Notes: generated by a model from the sequence alone, not told the origin. DNA of 64,000 bases from an uncultured Actinomycetes bacterium (GCA_963706915.1 CAVPOH010000009.1:126765-190764), one strand, 5' to 3'. Counted from the stretch's first letter, positions 49,159 through 60,540 are shown. Program-made: numbers and translations.

Positions 49159-49694
49159 CGTCGCACGACGGCGACGAGAACGCGTGCGTCGCCGCCCGTA
49201 CCGAGCTCGACGGACACGACGCGTGGATGCGCGAACCACCGCTCGCGCCGCGGGTCGGGGCCTTGCCACGTCGCGGAGAAGTCGTCCATGGCAATGGTCG
49301 CGCCCGGCGCCGCCAGGCCGAGCACGGCGTCGGGGTCGTCCTTCGCTCCGCCGCCGTCGACGAACAGGAGGTCGAACGGAGCGTGCGGCGGCAGCGCCGC
49401 ACGCCAGTCGCCCGCGAGCACGTGGACGTCAGGGTCGTCCGCGAAGAACTCGGCCGCCGCCCGCGCAAGGCGGGGGTCGACCTCGGCGCTGAAGAGCGGC
49501 ACTCCCGGCGGCAGCGCGCTCGCGAGCCACGCCGTTCCGACGCCGGCTCCCGTCCCGATCTCGGCGACCCGGTCGATGCCTCGTCGGCCGGCGAGCACGT
49601 GGAGCAGGCGGCCGTCGTCGTCGCGGCAGCTCCGCTCGAAGCCCAGTTCTGCGGCGGCCGCCCGCGCGCGGGCGACGAGCGCCGGAACGGTCAT
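49155..49694 (-). CDS. SAM-dependent O-methyltransferase-like protein
   Basis: VAEIGTGAGVG, PFDLLFVDG. Confidence 0.85.
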   Translation of the reverse strand: MTVPALVARARAAAAELGFERSCRDDDGRLLHVLAGRRGIDRVAEIGTGAGVGTAWLASALPPGVPLFSAEVDPRLARAAAEFFADDPDVHVLAGDWRAALPPHAPFDLLFVDGGGAKDDPDAVLGLAAPGATIAMDDFSATWQGPDPRRERWFAHPRVVSVELGTGGDARVLVAVVRR

Positions 49695-49696
49695 GG

Positions 49697-50320
49697 CTAC
49701 GAGCCGACGACCTCGTCCGTCGTCGTGAAGCGGACGCCGCCGGCCCGCCACAGCTCGAACGAGTGCGCGACGAAGTCGGGCTCGAGACCGCGGGACGCGT
49801 CCTCCACGAACGCGACCGAGTACTGCCGCGCGAGGAGTCCCATGATCGCCGCGTGGTCGCAGACGTCGGTCGCGACCCCGAACAGGATCACCTCGTCCGG
49901 CTTCAGCACCTCGAGCAGCGGCTCCAGGTTCGGGTTCGAGAAGGCGCTGAACGACTTCTTCAGGAGGAGCAGCTCACGCCGGTCGCGCACGAGGTCGGGA
50001 AGCTGACCCGGCGGGTACGGCGTGAGCGAGAGCGGGAGCGGGTCGCGCTGCGCGGTCTCGGGGATCTTCGCCGCGCCGGGCGTGCCGCGCAGGCAGTGCG
50101 GCGGGAACGTCGTCGCGAAGTCAGCGTCGTCGGCGATCTCGGGGTCGGTCAGCTCGTGGTCGTCCGCGGTCGCGAGGTGGGTCACGCCCTCCGCCTCGGC
50201 CCAACGGACGAGCCGAGCCATCCCGGGGATCGCGTCTTCGGCCTCGGGCACGGGAAGCTTGCCGTTCGCGCGGATGAAGTCGACCTGCGTGTCGACGTCC
50301 CAGAGAAGCCGGCCGCTCAT
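49697..50320 (-). CDS. pncA: Nicotinamidase (isochorismatase-family cysteine hydrolase)
   Basis: DVDTQVDF, DDH, FPPHC, K, GVATDVC; adjacent to pncB. Confidence 0.85.
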   Translation of the reverse strand: MSGRLLWDVDTQVDFIRANGKLPVPEAEDAIPGMARLVRWAEAEGVTHLATADDHELTDPEIADDADFATTFPPHCLRGTPGAAKIPETAQRDPLPLSLTPYPPGQLPDLVRDRRELLLLKKSFSAFSNPNLEPLLEVLKPDEVILFGVATDVCDHAAIMGLLARQYSVAFVEDASRGLEPDFVAHSFELWRAGGVRFTTTDEVVGS

Positions 50321-50324
50321 GTCG

Positions 50325-51416
50325 TCATCGTACGAGCCCGAGGCGCTCGCTCGGGCGGAAACGGCGCCCGACCTTTCCGGCCGGCCGGCCGTCGGTGAGG
50401 ACGATGTCCGCGGTGAAGTCGTTCTCTCCGCGGATAAGCGAGGAGCCGACACCGTAGGCGTCGATCGGGACGCCGATCCGCTCGAATCGCTCGATCTTCT
50501 CGACGGTGAAGCCGCCGGAGGCGACGATCCGGACACGCTCGAAGCCGTCCTCGTCGAGCGCGCCGCGGACCTTCCACACGAGGCGCTCGTTGACGCCGCG
50601 GGGGTCGAAGTCGCCGAGCTCGTCCCAGAGCGACCGGTCGACGAGCTGGCTCGACGTGTCCAGCCGCACGCCCCAGAGCCGCGGCCCGAGCGCGCGGGCG
50701 ACGTCGAGCGCCGTCCGCACGGAGTCGTTCTCGAAGTCGACCAGGACGGTGATGCGGAGGTCCTCCGGCGCCCACTCGGCGAACTTCATCGCCGCGAGCA
50801 CCGTATTGCCGCCGTATGCGGCGATGAGCGAGTGCGGGACGGTCCCCAGCCCGCGGCCTCCCCACCACGACGCCTGCGCGTCCGAGGTCACGCCGATCTC
50901 GGTGCCGAGCACGGCGCCTGCCACGTACGCCGCGTAGCCGTCGCCCGTCTGCACGCGGTGGTGATCGTGTCGAGCCGGCATGAAGATGATCGGCTTGCCG
51001 TTCGCCGCCTCGAGTACCCGGGCGGTGTTCGTCGCGATCAGGGTGCGCCGCGCGAGCGTGCCGAGGACGACGGTCTCGAGATGGGCGAAGGCCGTGTAGT
51101 CACCCTCGATCGTCATCACCGTCTCCCACGGCTCGATCCGTTCGCCGTCGTGGAGCGCGTGCACCACGAGCCCGTCCCAGTCGTGAGAGCAAAGCCGGAG
51201 GATCGCGATGGACTCGTCCATCCCGCCGACCATCGCGTGCTTGCGCTGGAAGAGCTGCATCACGACCCGGGGATGCCGGTCGTCGTGGAGGAGCGCGGCG
51301 CGCGTGTGGTTGAAGTACGCGTCGGTGTAGTAGCCATCGCGCATCTTCTCGACCGGCAGATCGAAGATCGCCGGGTCGAGGCGCTCGCGCCCGACACGCG
51401 GCGTCACGGCGGTCAT
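50325..51416 (-). CDS. pncB: Nicotinate phosphoribosyltransferase (short, QPRTase-like type)
   Basis: YYTDAYF, GTVPHSLI, VLVDFEND, GVRLDTS, IVASGG, YGVGS. Confidence 0.85.
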   Translation of the reverse strand: MTAVTPRVGRERLDPAIFDLPVEKMRDGYYTDAYFNHTRAALLHDDRHPRVVMQLFQRKHAMVGGMDESIAILRLCSHDWDGLVVHALHDGERIEPWETVMTIEGDYTAFAHLETVVLGTLARRTLIATNTARVLEAANGKPIIFMPARHDHHRVQTGDGYAAYVAGAVLGTEIGVTSDAQASWWGGRGLGTVPHSLIAAYGGNTVLAAMKFAEWAPEDLRITVLVDFENDSVRTALDVARALGPRLWGVRLDTSSQLVDRSLWDELGDFDPRGVNERLVWKVRGALDEDGFERVRIVASGGFTVEKIERFERIGVPIDAYGVGSSLIRGENDFTADIVLTDGRPAGKVGRRFRPSERLGLVR

Positions 51417-52183
51417 CGCGCGCCCTCGGCCTCCAGGCAGGCGCGAAGCGCTGCCTCGGCAACCTCGAGCTGCTCGTCGGACGGCTCGCTCGTCGACAGG
51501 TGGCGTTGGAGCTCGGTACCCGGGCGTGCGAGCGCACGTGCCAGCCTCCGATCCGGGTTCCGGCTCATCCAGCCGAAGATCTCCACGGCAGCGCCGAGGG
51601 CGCCGACGGTGCCGACGAGGCGGGCCGCCGGGCGGTGGCGCTCGGGCGCGCGCTCGACGGCGGCGGCGACGAGTGCCGTCGTCAGCGTCAGAGGGCCGAC
51701 GAGGTGCGAGCCGCAGCGATCGTGCTCCTTCGCGGCGCGTTCGCCGGTCTCGTACGTCCCGATCGAGACGTGCTCCGCACCGTGGTACGAGGTGAGCTCC
51801 TGGCCCCGCAGCGCGACGATGGCGGGCGCGATGGAGGCGAGGAGCACGGTCGCCTCGCGTGTCAGCGTCGGAAGTGACGAGCGCCGCGCCAGGCTCGCGC
51901 CGGCGCTTCCCGCGACGAGGGCGACGGCGACGGACGGCCGCTCGAAGGGCATCCGCGCCTCGGGTAGGGCTCGCTTGACGAGCGGCAGGACCGCGACCGC
52001 CTCGGCAAGCCGGAGGGGCCCGCGGAGAAACGGCGTCGTGACCCGGGCGCCGATCCGCGGCTTCGGCCCGGACGCCGACTTGACCGTCCCGTCAGGCAGC
52101 CGAACGGCGGCGCCCCACGACGTCGGCCCATGCACGAGCACGCCGTTCTGGAGGGCCATGCCGCCGAGGCGAAGCTTCCCCAT
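51413..52183 (-). CDS. DUF1385 family protein
   Basis: LGGMALQNGV, PFLRG, YHGAEH, HDRCGS, LQRHLSTSEP. Confidence 0.88.
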   Translation of the reverse strand: MGKLRLGGMALQNGVLVHGPTSWGAAVRLPDGTVKSASGPKPRIGARVTTPFLRGPLRLAEAVAVLPLVKRALPEARMPFERPSVAVALVAGSAGASLARRSSLPTLTREATVLLASIAPAIVALRGQELTSYHGAEHVSIGTYETGERAAKEHDRCGSHLVGPLTLTTALVAAAVERAPERHRPAARLVGTVGALGAAVEIFGWMSRNPDRRLARALARPGTELQRHLSTSEPSDEQLEVAEAALRACLEAEGAR

Positions 52184-52261
52184 GACGCCAGGGTAGCGCC
52201 AGCCACCTGGGTCTTGGTCGCGTCGTGTGGCGCCGCTCGCCGGTCTCCCGACGCCGCACCG

Positions 52262-53101
52262 TCAGGCCCGCGCGACCCGCCGCAGCGCCTCCTGGAGGCG
52301 GTCCGCAGCGTCGCGCTCGTCGTACTCACGGTCGTCGACCGCGGCGACCGGCATGACCTCGCGGACCGAGGACGAGGTGAAGGCCTCGTCCGCCTCCCAG
52401 AGGCGACCGACCGGGTACTCGCCCTCCTCGACGCGGTAGCCGAGCTCGGTCGCGAGGTCCAGGAGCGCAGCGCGCGTCTCGCCTGCGAGGATCCCGAGCC
52501 CGAGGGCCGGTGTCAGAAGGACGGCGCGTTCACGCCACCACACGTTCGTGACGGGGCCCTCGAGGACCGTCCCGTCGAGGTCGACGAGCACGGCGTCGTC
52601 CGCTCCGCGCCGCTTCGCTTCCGCCTCAGCCGCGACGTTCGTCGCGTAGCTCACGGACTTCGTGCCCGGCAGGAGCCAGGGCACCGAGCGCCGCGGGAAC
52701 GGGAGCGAGACCAGCCGCTGGCCGCGCGCCCGCGTCGCCTCGATCCACTCCGGGATCTCCGAGACGAGGGCGATCGCGGTGGGACCTGCCGACCCGACGC
52801 CCGGCGTCCAGTAGAGGCGAAGAACCGCGTCCTCTCCGTCCCGGTGGCCGGCGGCCTCGAGCGCGAGCTCCGCGAGCTCCGCGAGCGCGGCGGGCTCGGG
52901 AACGGGGAGCTCGAGCCGCTCCGCGGAGCCGCACAGCCGGTCGAGGTGGGCTGCGAGCCGAAAGGGCCTCCCGCCGTAGACGCGAAGCGTCTCGAAGGCG
53001 GCGCGGCCACGCGCGAACCCCTCGTCGTCGCAGGCGACGACCGCCTCTTGCGGATCGACCACCCCGCGACCCGAGATCGCCGCCCCGAGCATCGTGCTCA
53101 C
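52262..53101 (-). CDS. pabC: Class IV aminotransferase / aminodeoxychorismate lyase
   Basis: FETLR, HLDRL, KSVSYA, EGPVTN, ILAGETR, TSSVRE; coupled to the pabB-like gene. Confidence 0.8.
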   Translation of the reverse strand: MSTMLGAAISGRGVVDPQEAVVACDDEGFARGRAAFETLRVYGGRPFRLAAHLDRLCGSAERLELPVPEPAALAELAELALEAAGHRDGEDAVLRLYWTPGVGSAGPTAIALVSEIPEWIEATRARGQRLVSLPFPRRSVPWLLPGTKSVSYATNVAAEAEAKRRGADDAVLVDLDGTVLEGPVTNVWWRERAVLLTPALGLGILAGETRAALLDLATELGYRVEEGEYPVGRLWEADEAFTSSSVREVMPVAAVDDREYDERDAADRLQEALRRVARA

Positions 53102-54250
53102 CGCAGACGCCCTCCGGCCGCATCGTGCGCGTACCGACTCGCGTCGAGCGGGGCACCGATGGCGTCCAGGAGCGGGGCCGCCTTCGTCAACGACTCCTCG
53201 ACCTCCGCGTCGGGGTCGGAGTCCCAGACGACGCCGCCGCCGACCCAGAGGTGGATGCGCCCCTCCGCGATCGCGAACGTCCGGATCGTGAGGGCGAGCT
53301 CGAGGTCGCCGTTGCCGTGGACGCGGCCTATCGCCCCCATCGAGGCCCCGCGTCCCACCGGCTCCAGCGCGGCGATGAGGTCGACCGCGGCGATCTTCGG
53401 CGCACCGGTGATCGACCCGCCCGGAAACGTCGCCCCGAGCGTCTCGGCGAGCCCGACACCCGGCCGGATCCGGCCCTCGACCGTCGAGACGAGGTGCTCG
53501 ACGCCGGCGAGCGGCTCGGGCGCCATCAACTGTGGCCAGCGCACGCTTCCCGGCCGGCAGATCCGGGACAGGTCGTTCCGCTCGAGGTCGACGATCATCA
53601 CGTGCTCGGCGGCGTCCTTGGCCGAGGCAAGGAGCTCCTCGCGCTGCCCCTCCGGCCGAGTGCCCTTTATCGGCCGCGTCCAGATGCGCTCACCTCGACG
53701 CGCGAGGAACAGCTCGGGCGTGACGCTCACGATCGCCCAGTCGTGGCCCTCGAACACCCGCCAGGCGGCATCGGCGAACGGCAGCTCGTTCGGTTGTGTC
53801 AAAGGAGCGAGCCGGGCGGCGAGCGCGCGCGGCGATCCCGAGAACGGCGCCGAGAGGTGCTGGACGAGGTTGACCTGGTAGACGTCGCCGCACCCGATCG
53901 CGGCACGGACCGCGTCGACCGCGCCGGCGTGGGCGGCCGGACCCCAGGTTCGCCGCCAGCTGCCGATCTCGACCTCGTCGCGCGGGTCGACATCGTCCTC
54001 TTCACTGTCCGCGCTGTTGCCATGATTGACACCAGCATGACTCTTGGGTCGGACGACACAGGCGGCGAGCGGCACGGGGCACGGCTCGGGGCGGCGCGGG
54101 CGTCGCGGTCCGGCGGATCGTCGAGGAGAGGCCGTACCCGAGGTATAGATCGGCGACGAGACGCTCGCCGCCGGGTCGGAAGAAGCCCTGCCGGCCTAGC
54201 CACGCCTCGATCCGCTCGAACGCGCCCTCGGCCTCGTGGAGCAGGAGCAC
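53098..54250 (-). CDS. pabB: Aminodeoxychorismate synthase / anthranilate synthase component I-like protein (frameshift near 54080)
   Basis: GDVYQVNL, TPELF, PIKGT, EHVMIVDLERNDL, FPGGSITGAPK, IRT; LYLGYGLS N-terminal part lies in another frame. Confidence 0.8.
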
Positions 54251-54251
54251 G

Positions 54252-55885
54252 TCAGCCCTCGGTGCGGAGGCGCCGGATGCGCTCGACGAGCGCTGCGGTC
54301 GAGCCGTCGAGCGGCTCGGACGGCTCGTCACCCGCGACCACGGGCGCGAGCTTCACGGCAAGTTCCTTGCCGAGCTCGACGCCCCACTGGTCGAACGAGT
54401 CGATGCCCCAGACCGCGCCCTCGGTGAAGACGACGTGCTCGTAGAGCGCGACGAGCGACCCGAGCGCGAACGGCGACAGGCGGTCGAGGAGGAGGAACGT
54501 CGTCGGGCGGTTCCCGGGCATCTCCTTGTGCGGGACGAGCCGCTCGGGGATACCAGCCTGCCGGAGGTCGTCCGCGGTTCGGCCGAATGCGAGCGCCTGC
54601 GCCTGAGCGAGGGCGTTCGCGAGCAGCAGGTCGTGGTGGTTCCCGAGCGGCTCGAGGGGAGAGGCGAACGCGACGATGTCGCACGGCACGAGGACGGTCC
54701 CCTGGTGGAGCAGCTGGTGAAAGCTGTGCTGCCCGTTCGTGCCCGGCTCGCCCCAGACGACGGGCGCCGTGTCGGCCTCGACCGGGCCGCCGTCGAGCGT
54801 GACGCGTTTTCCGTTCGACTCCATCACGAGCTGCTGGAGGTAGGCGGGGAAGCGCGCGAGGTACTGGTCGTAGGGGAGCACCGCGTGCGTCTGGGCGCCG
54901 AAGAGGTCGCGGTACCAGATGCCGAGGAGCCCCAGCAGCAGCGGCAGGTTCTGGTCGGCCGGTGCCTCCGCGAAGTGAGTGTCGACCGCGTGGAACCCGG
55001 CGAGCAGCTCCTCGAAGCGCTCGGGGCCGATGGCAATCATCGTCGAAAGGCCGATGGCAGAGTCCATCGAGTAGCGCCCGCCGACCCAGTCCCAGAACCC
55101 GAACGCGTTCGCGGGATCGATCCCGAACTCCGAGACCGCACTCGAGGTTCGTCGAGACCGCCACCACGTGCTTGGCGATCGCGGCCTCGTCGCCGCCGAG
55201 CCCGTCGAGGAGCCAAGCGCGGATGCTCGGCGGCGTTCGTCATCGTCTCGAGGGTCGTGAAGGTCTTCGACGAGACGATCATCAGCGTCTCCTCGGGGTC
55301 GAGGTCGCGGAGAGCCTCGAGGAGATCCGACCCGTCGACGTTCGACACGAAGCGGAAGGCGAGACCGCGGTCGCTGAACGCGCGCAGCGCCTCGTAGGCC
55401 ATCGCCGGGCCGAGGTCGGAGCCGCCGATCCCGACGTTGACGACGGCACGGACGGGGCGCCCCGTGTGGCCGCGCCACTCACCCGAGCGCACACCGGCTG
55501 CGAACGCCGCCATCCGGTCGAGCACCTCGTGCACCTCGCGGACGACGTCGCGGCCGTCGACCACGAGCGACCGTTCCTTTGGCATGCGAAGCGCGACGTG
55601 GAGGGCGGGCCTGTCCTCGGTCGTGTTGACGTGCTCCCCTCGGAACATCGCGTCACGGCGCTCGGTCACGCGCCGCTCGGCGGCGAGCGCGAGAAGGAGG
55701 GCGACGCTCTCGGCCGTGACCCGATGCTTCGAGAGGTCGGCGTTGATCCCGGCCGCCTCGAACGTCAGCCGCTCGACGCGGGCGCCGTCGGTCGCGAACA
55801 GGTCGCGCAGGTGCAGATCGGCGACTGTCGGGTGATGACGGGCGAGGGCCTGCCAGGCTGGGGTGCCGGTGAGCGTGTCGGTCAT
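54252..55885 (-). CDS. pgi: Glucose-6-phosphate isomerase (frameshifts near 55140 and 55215)
   Basis: [50 protein letters not shown] split over three frames. Confidence 0.93.
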
Positions 55886-55928
55886 GTCGTCCGTCGATCG
55901 CGCGGGGCGCGCTTCGCCACGATTGACT

Positions 55929-57115
55929 CTAGAGCGTCGGCCAGAGTCTCAGTCGCGTGCAAGCAGCCTCGGGGCCGAGCTCGCCGGGTCGAGTCACGCC
56001 GGCGAGCGCCATCGTCAGCTCGAGCTCCGCCAGCACGCAGCGGAGGACGTGCCGGACACCCGCCTCTCCGGCCAGGCCAAGGCCGTAGACGTACGGCCGT
56101 CCGAGGAGCACGGCGCGCGCTCCGAGCGCGAGAGGCTTGACGACGTCCGCGCCGGTCCGAACACCGCTGTCGAACAGGACGTCGACCCGATCGCCGACCG
56201 CTGCTGCGATCGCCGGGAGCGCGTCGAGCGACGCGATCGCGCCGTCGACCTGCCGGCCGCCGTGGTTCGAGACGACGACGCCGTCCATCCCTGCGTCGAC
56301 TGCCCGCCGCGCATCGTCGGCATGCTGGATCCCCTTCAGCGCGATCGGTCCGTCCCAGTGCTCGCGCAGGAACGTGAGGTCGTCCCAGGTGAGCGTCGGG
56401 TCGGCGAAGATCGACGCCCACTGGAGCACCGCCGGACCGAGGCTCTCGTCGTCAACCGGGCCGCCGAGCGTCCGCAGGAAGACCGGGTCGGCGAAGTAGT
56501 TCTGGTTGCCGACGCCCTTGAGGAACGGGAGGAACGCCTCCGTCGAGGTCACGCGGGCGCCAGCCGAGCACGTGGGTGTCGAGGGTGACGACGAGCGCCC
56601 GATACCCGGCCGCCGCCGCGCGCTCGAGGAGGCTCGCGGCGAGCTCGCGGTCCTTCGGCCAGTACAGCTGGTACCAGCGCGGCCCATCGCCGGACGCCTC
56701 GGCGACGTCCTCGAGCGTGGTCGTGGCCGCCGTGCTGACGACCATCGGCACACCGACGCTCGCTGCGGCACGCGCCGCGGCCGATTCGCCGTCCGGGTGG
56801 ACGATCGCCAGGACGCCGACCGGCGCGAGCGCGAGCGGCGCCGGCATCGCGGTGCCGAGCACGGTGACCGACATGTCGCTCGCCGTGACGTCCCGGAGCA
56901 TGCGCGGAACGAGGCGCCACGCCTCGAAGGCGGCGCGGTTCGCGCGCGCCGTCGACTCCGACCCGGCCGAGCCCGCCACGTACGCGAACGACGTCGGGGG
57001 GAGCCGCTCCGCAGCGAGCGCCTCGAGCCGCGTGAGGTCGGTCGGCAAGCTCGGGCAGGACACCCTGAAGGCCCGCCATGTAGATCTCGTTCTGATAGCC
57101 GGCGAACGCGCCCAA
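55929..57115 (-). CDS. FMN-dependent alpha-hydroxy-acid oxidase / lactate 2-monooxygenase-like protein (frameshifts near 56550 and 57050; 3' end uncertain)
   Basis: YQNEIY, APVGV, WYQLYWP, VTLDT..GWRPRDL, SNHGGRQ, DSGVR, LGRP. Confidence 0.88.
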
Positions 57116-57217
57116 ACCCGTCTCCTTTCCTCGGTCAGTCGGGTGCCGGGGGACTGCCAGAGTTGGTGCGCGGACGACACGGTGGGCCGCGGCCGAGTGA
57201 GCGATGCGACGCCGGAG

Positions 57218-58515
57218 CTACGCATCGTCGTGGAGCGTCGTCGCGACGTGGCGGAACAGGTCGACGCCCGCCTCGAGATCGTCGACCGAGATCCGCTCGT
57301 CGGCCGAGTGGACGAGCCGGGCCGCGTCCTGCGGCTCCATCGCCCGTAGCGGGAAGAACCCGTACGCGGTCGTCCCGAACGCGCTGCGGACGTAGTGGCT
57401 GTCCGTGAACCCGGCGAGCACGATCGGCGCGAGGCGCGCGCCCGGCTCGACCCGGTCGACCCACGTCTGCAGCGTGCGCCAGAGCGGCGTGTCGAGCGGC
57501 GACCGCGTCCCGCCGACGTGCTCGTCCACGATCCACTCGATCTCCCAGTCGCCCGGGCACGCCCGCGCGTAGCAAGGCCTCGATCTCGGCCGGCTCCTGG
57601 CCCGGGAGCAGGCGGCAGTCGACCTCGATCACGCACGAGCCCGGGACGACGTTGCGCTTGCGCGACGCCTCGATCATCGTCGGCGAGAGCGTCGCGGACA
57701 GCAGCGGCGCGACGAGCTCGCCCGCGAGGGGGTGCAGCGCCTGCGCGCGCTCGAGGGCGACCTCGACCGGCGGCGCCTCGCCGAGCACCGTCTCGAGGAA
57801 CGCGCTCACCTCCGGAACGAGCGTCACGAGGTGGCTCGAGGCGCGCGAGCGCCTCCAGCACGGGGCCCGCCTTGAGCAGCGCGTTGTCGGCGGTGTGCGG
57901 GTCCGACGCGTGACCGCTCCGGCCACGGAGGCGGAGCTTGAACGGCGCCGTCGCCTTCTCTCCGACGCAGCAGAGGTAGTAGACCCGGCCGCCGAGGACG
58001 CAGCGCTCGCCGCCGCCCTCGTTCAGCGCGAAGTCCGCGCGAACCGCGTCCGGATGGACGGTCGCGAGCCAGGACATGCCGTAGTCGATGCCGACCTCCT
58101 CATCGGCCGTCAGCGCAAGGAGCACGTCGCCGGGCGGGCGGACGCCCTCCCGTGCGAGCGAGGCGAATGCCACGGCCGCGGCCGCGACGTTTCCCTTCAT
58201 GTCGAGCGCGCCGCGACCCCAGACCTCGCCGTCGACGAGGTCGCCCGACCACGGATCGCGCGCCCACTCGGCCGGGTCCGCGAGAACGGTGTCCGTGTGG
58301 GCCATGAGGAGCAGCGTCGGCCCGTCGCCCCCGGGGAGCCGGGCGACGAGGTTCGCGCGCTCGGGCGTCTTCGCGAGGAGCTCGCTCGCGACGCCGTTTC
58401 GGGCGAGGTAGTCCTGCAGCGCGGTCGCCGCGCGCGTCTCGTTCCCGGGGGGATTGACCGTGTCGAGACGGATGAGGTCCCGGAGCAGCTCCGTGACCTC
58501 CTCCCGGAGCGTCAA
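57218..58515 (-). CDS. M20/M25/M40 metallo-hydrolase (frameshifts near 57550 and 57840)
   Basis: DTVNPPGNE, HTDTV, GRGALDMK, DEE, NEGG, GFTDS, HSADERI. Confidence 0.88.
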
Positions 58516-59228
58516 GCGGATTCGGCCTTCGACCGGGCCGTGAGCTCGTTCCGGACGTCCCAGAGCTCCGGGAAGAGGACCGTCTGGACGAGCCGTCCGA
58601 GCACCTCGACCGGGGTGCCCTGCGTGCCGACGACCGAGTCGCCGATCACCCGTGCGACGACGCGGTAGTGGCGCACGCGCCACTGCTGGCACCACTCGTC
58701 GAGCTCCGTCAGCGACTCCGCGAGCCGATAGAGCGCCTCGTGGTCGCGGCGCTCGACGTAGACGTCGACGAGCGAGAGCCCTGCCGCTCGGCGACGTGCG
58801 TGGAACGCCTGCCCGAGCCGCGGGAGCGCGGTGCGGAGCCCTCTCCAGCCGGGCGAGTCGAAGCCGCTGCCGTGGCCGAGAACCTTGCGGATCTCCTGGT
58901 ACTCCCAGGGCGAGAGCTCCTCGAGCATGTCGAGCTGGTCGGTCGCGTAGCGCAGGCAGCGGAGCGGCCGGCGCAGGAGCCGCGCCGCCTCCGCCTCGTC
59001 GCCGGCTTCGACGAGCCTCGTCGCCTCCTCGACGTCGCTCGTCGCGAGCTTCAGCCAGAGCTCCGACGACTGGTGGACGACCTGGAACAGGAGCTCGTCG
59101 CGGTGGACCCATTCGTCCGGGCCCTTCTGGAGGGCGAGCAGCTCCTCGGTGTTCAGGTACCGCTCGTAGTCGCTCGGCGCAGCGCCGGCGAGGATCGGCG
59201 TGTCGAAGTCCTCGTCCGCCCCGGACAT
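58512..59228 (-). CDS. kynA: Tryptophan 2,3-dioxygenase family protein
   Basis: YERYL..LLALQ, DELLFQVVHQSSELWLK, SGFDS, WRVRH, LFPELWDVR. Confidence 0.85.
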   Translation of the reverse strand: MSGADEDFDTPILAGAAPSDYERYLNTEELLALQKGPDEWVHRDELLFQVVHQSSELWLKLATSDVEEATRLVEAGDEAEAARLLRRPLRCLRYATDQLDMLEELSPWEYQEIRKVLGHGSGFDSPGWRGLRTALPRLGQAFHARRRAAGLSLVDVYVERRDHEALYRLAESLTELDEWCQQWRVRHYRVVARVIGDSVVGTQGTPVEVLGRLVQTVLFPELWDVRNELTARSKAESA

Positions 59229-59250
59229 CGCGCTGAGCATACTGGCGCGC

Positions 59251-60540
59251 ATGGGCGACCTCTTCAGCGACGCGGCCGCCGAGCGGTCGGCGGCGATCGC
59301 GCCGCTTCCGCAGCGCGTCCGGCCGCGAACGCTCGACGAGCTCGTCGGCCAGCAGCACGTCCTCGGGCCGGGCACGGCGCTCCGTCGCGCCATCGAGGAG
59401 GGTCGCGCGCCGTCGATGATCCTCCACGGCCCTCCGGGCGTCGGGAAGACGACGATCGCGCGGATCGTGGCGGAGGCGTCCGACTCCGCGTTCGACGAGC
59501 TCTCCGCCGTGTCCGCCCGCGTCGACGACGTCCGCGGCGTGATCGCCCGCGCGCGGGACCGACTCGGCGGCAACGGCGTCCGGACGCTGCTCTTCATCGA
59601 CGAGATCCACCGCTTCGACAAGCGGCAGCAGGACTCCGTCCTGCATGCGGTCGAGGACGGGCTCGTGACGCTGATCGGCGCGACGACCGAGAACCCGTAC
59701 TTCGAGGTCAACCAGGCGCTGCTCTCGCGCTGCACCGTGATCGAGCTCGAGCCGTTGACGCTCGACGAGCTCCGCCGGGTGATCGAGCGCGGCGCGAGCG
59801 AGCTCGGAGCGACGACCTCCGACGAGGTGGTCGCGCGAGATCGCCGCCGACGGCGGGCGGTGACGCACGAACCGCGCTGCAGACGCTCGAGCTCGCATGG
59901 GAGACCGCCGGCGCCGCGGACGAGCCGCTCGACGCTCGAGCACGTGCGCGACGCCGCGCGCAAGCGGCCGCTGCGGTACGACCGCGCCGGCGACCGGCAC
60001 TACGACCTCGCCTCCGCGTTCATCAAGTCGATGCGCGGCAGCGACCCCGACGCCGCCGTGTACTACCTCGCCGCGATGCTCGAGGGCGGCGAGGATCCGC
60101 GCTTCCTCGCTCGGCGGATCGTCATCGCGGCGAGCGAGGACGTGGGCAACGCCGACCCGCGGGCGCTGCTCGTCGCGGTCGCGGCCGCCCAGGCGGTCGA
60201 GCACGTCGGCCTCCCCGAGGCGCAGCTCAACCTCGCGCAGGCCGCGATCTACGTTGCGCGCGCGCCGAAGTCGAACGCATCGGCCCGTGCCATCTGGGAC
60301 GCACGGGCCGACGTCCGCCGGGACGGGATCGCCGAGCCGCCCGCGGTGCTTCGCGGCTCGGGCTACCGCGGAGCCGAGGCGCGGGGTCACGGGCAGGGGT
60401 ACGTCTCACCCCACGACGACCCGGACGCAGCCCTCGTCGACCACCTTCCCGAGGGCCTGCAGGGACGGACGTACTATGTTCCGTCCGGGCACGGCGAGGA
60501 GTCGGAGGAGGACGCGACGAGTGGCGATCGGGACGGGTGA
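59251..60540 (+). CDS. rarA: Replication-associated recombination protein A (compensating frameshifts about 59835-59935)
   Basis: RPRTLDELVGQ, GPPGVGKTT, DEIHRF, ATTENP, SAFIKSMRGSDPDAA, SEDVGNADP; GGDARTALQTLE lies in an alternate frame. Confidence 0.93.
   Translation: MGDLFSDAAAERSAAIAPLPQRVRPRTLDELVGQQHVLGPGTALRRAIEEGRAPSMILHGPPGVGKTTIARIVAEASDSAFDELSAVSARVDDVRGVIARARDRLGGNGVRTLLFIDEIHRFDKRQQDSVLHAVEDGLVTLIGATTENPYFEVNQALLSRCTVIELEPLTLDELRRVIERGASELGATTSDEVVARDRRRRRAVTHEPRCRRSSSHGRPPAPRTSRSTLEHVRDAARKRPLRYDRAGDRHYDLASAFIKSMRGSDPDAAVYYLAAMLEGGEDPRFLARRIVIAASEDVGNADPRALLVAVAAAQAVEHVGLPEAQLNLAQAAIYVARAPKSNASARAIWDARADVRRDGIAEPPAVLRGSGYRGAEARGHGQGYVSPHDDPDAALVDHLPEGLQGRTYYVPSGHGEESEEDATSGDRDG

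Noticed and set aside
56452-60390. 1312-aa ORF that looks like a giant fusion protein
   Set aside because: It is antisense rarA plus parts of the M20 and LMO genes joined by frameshifts and a stop-free GC-rich frame
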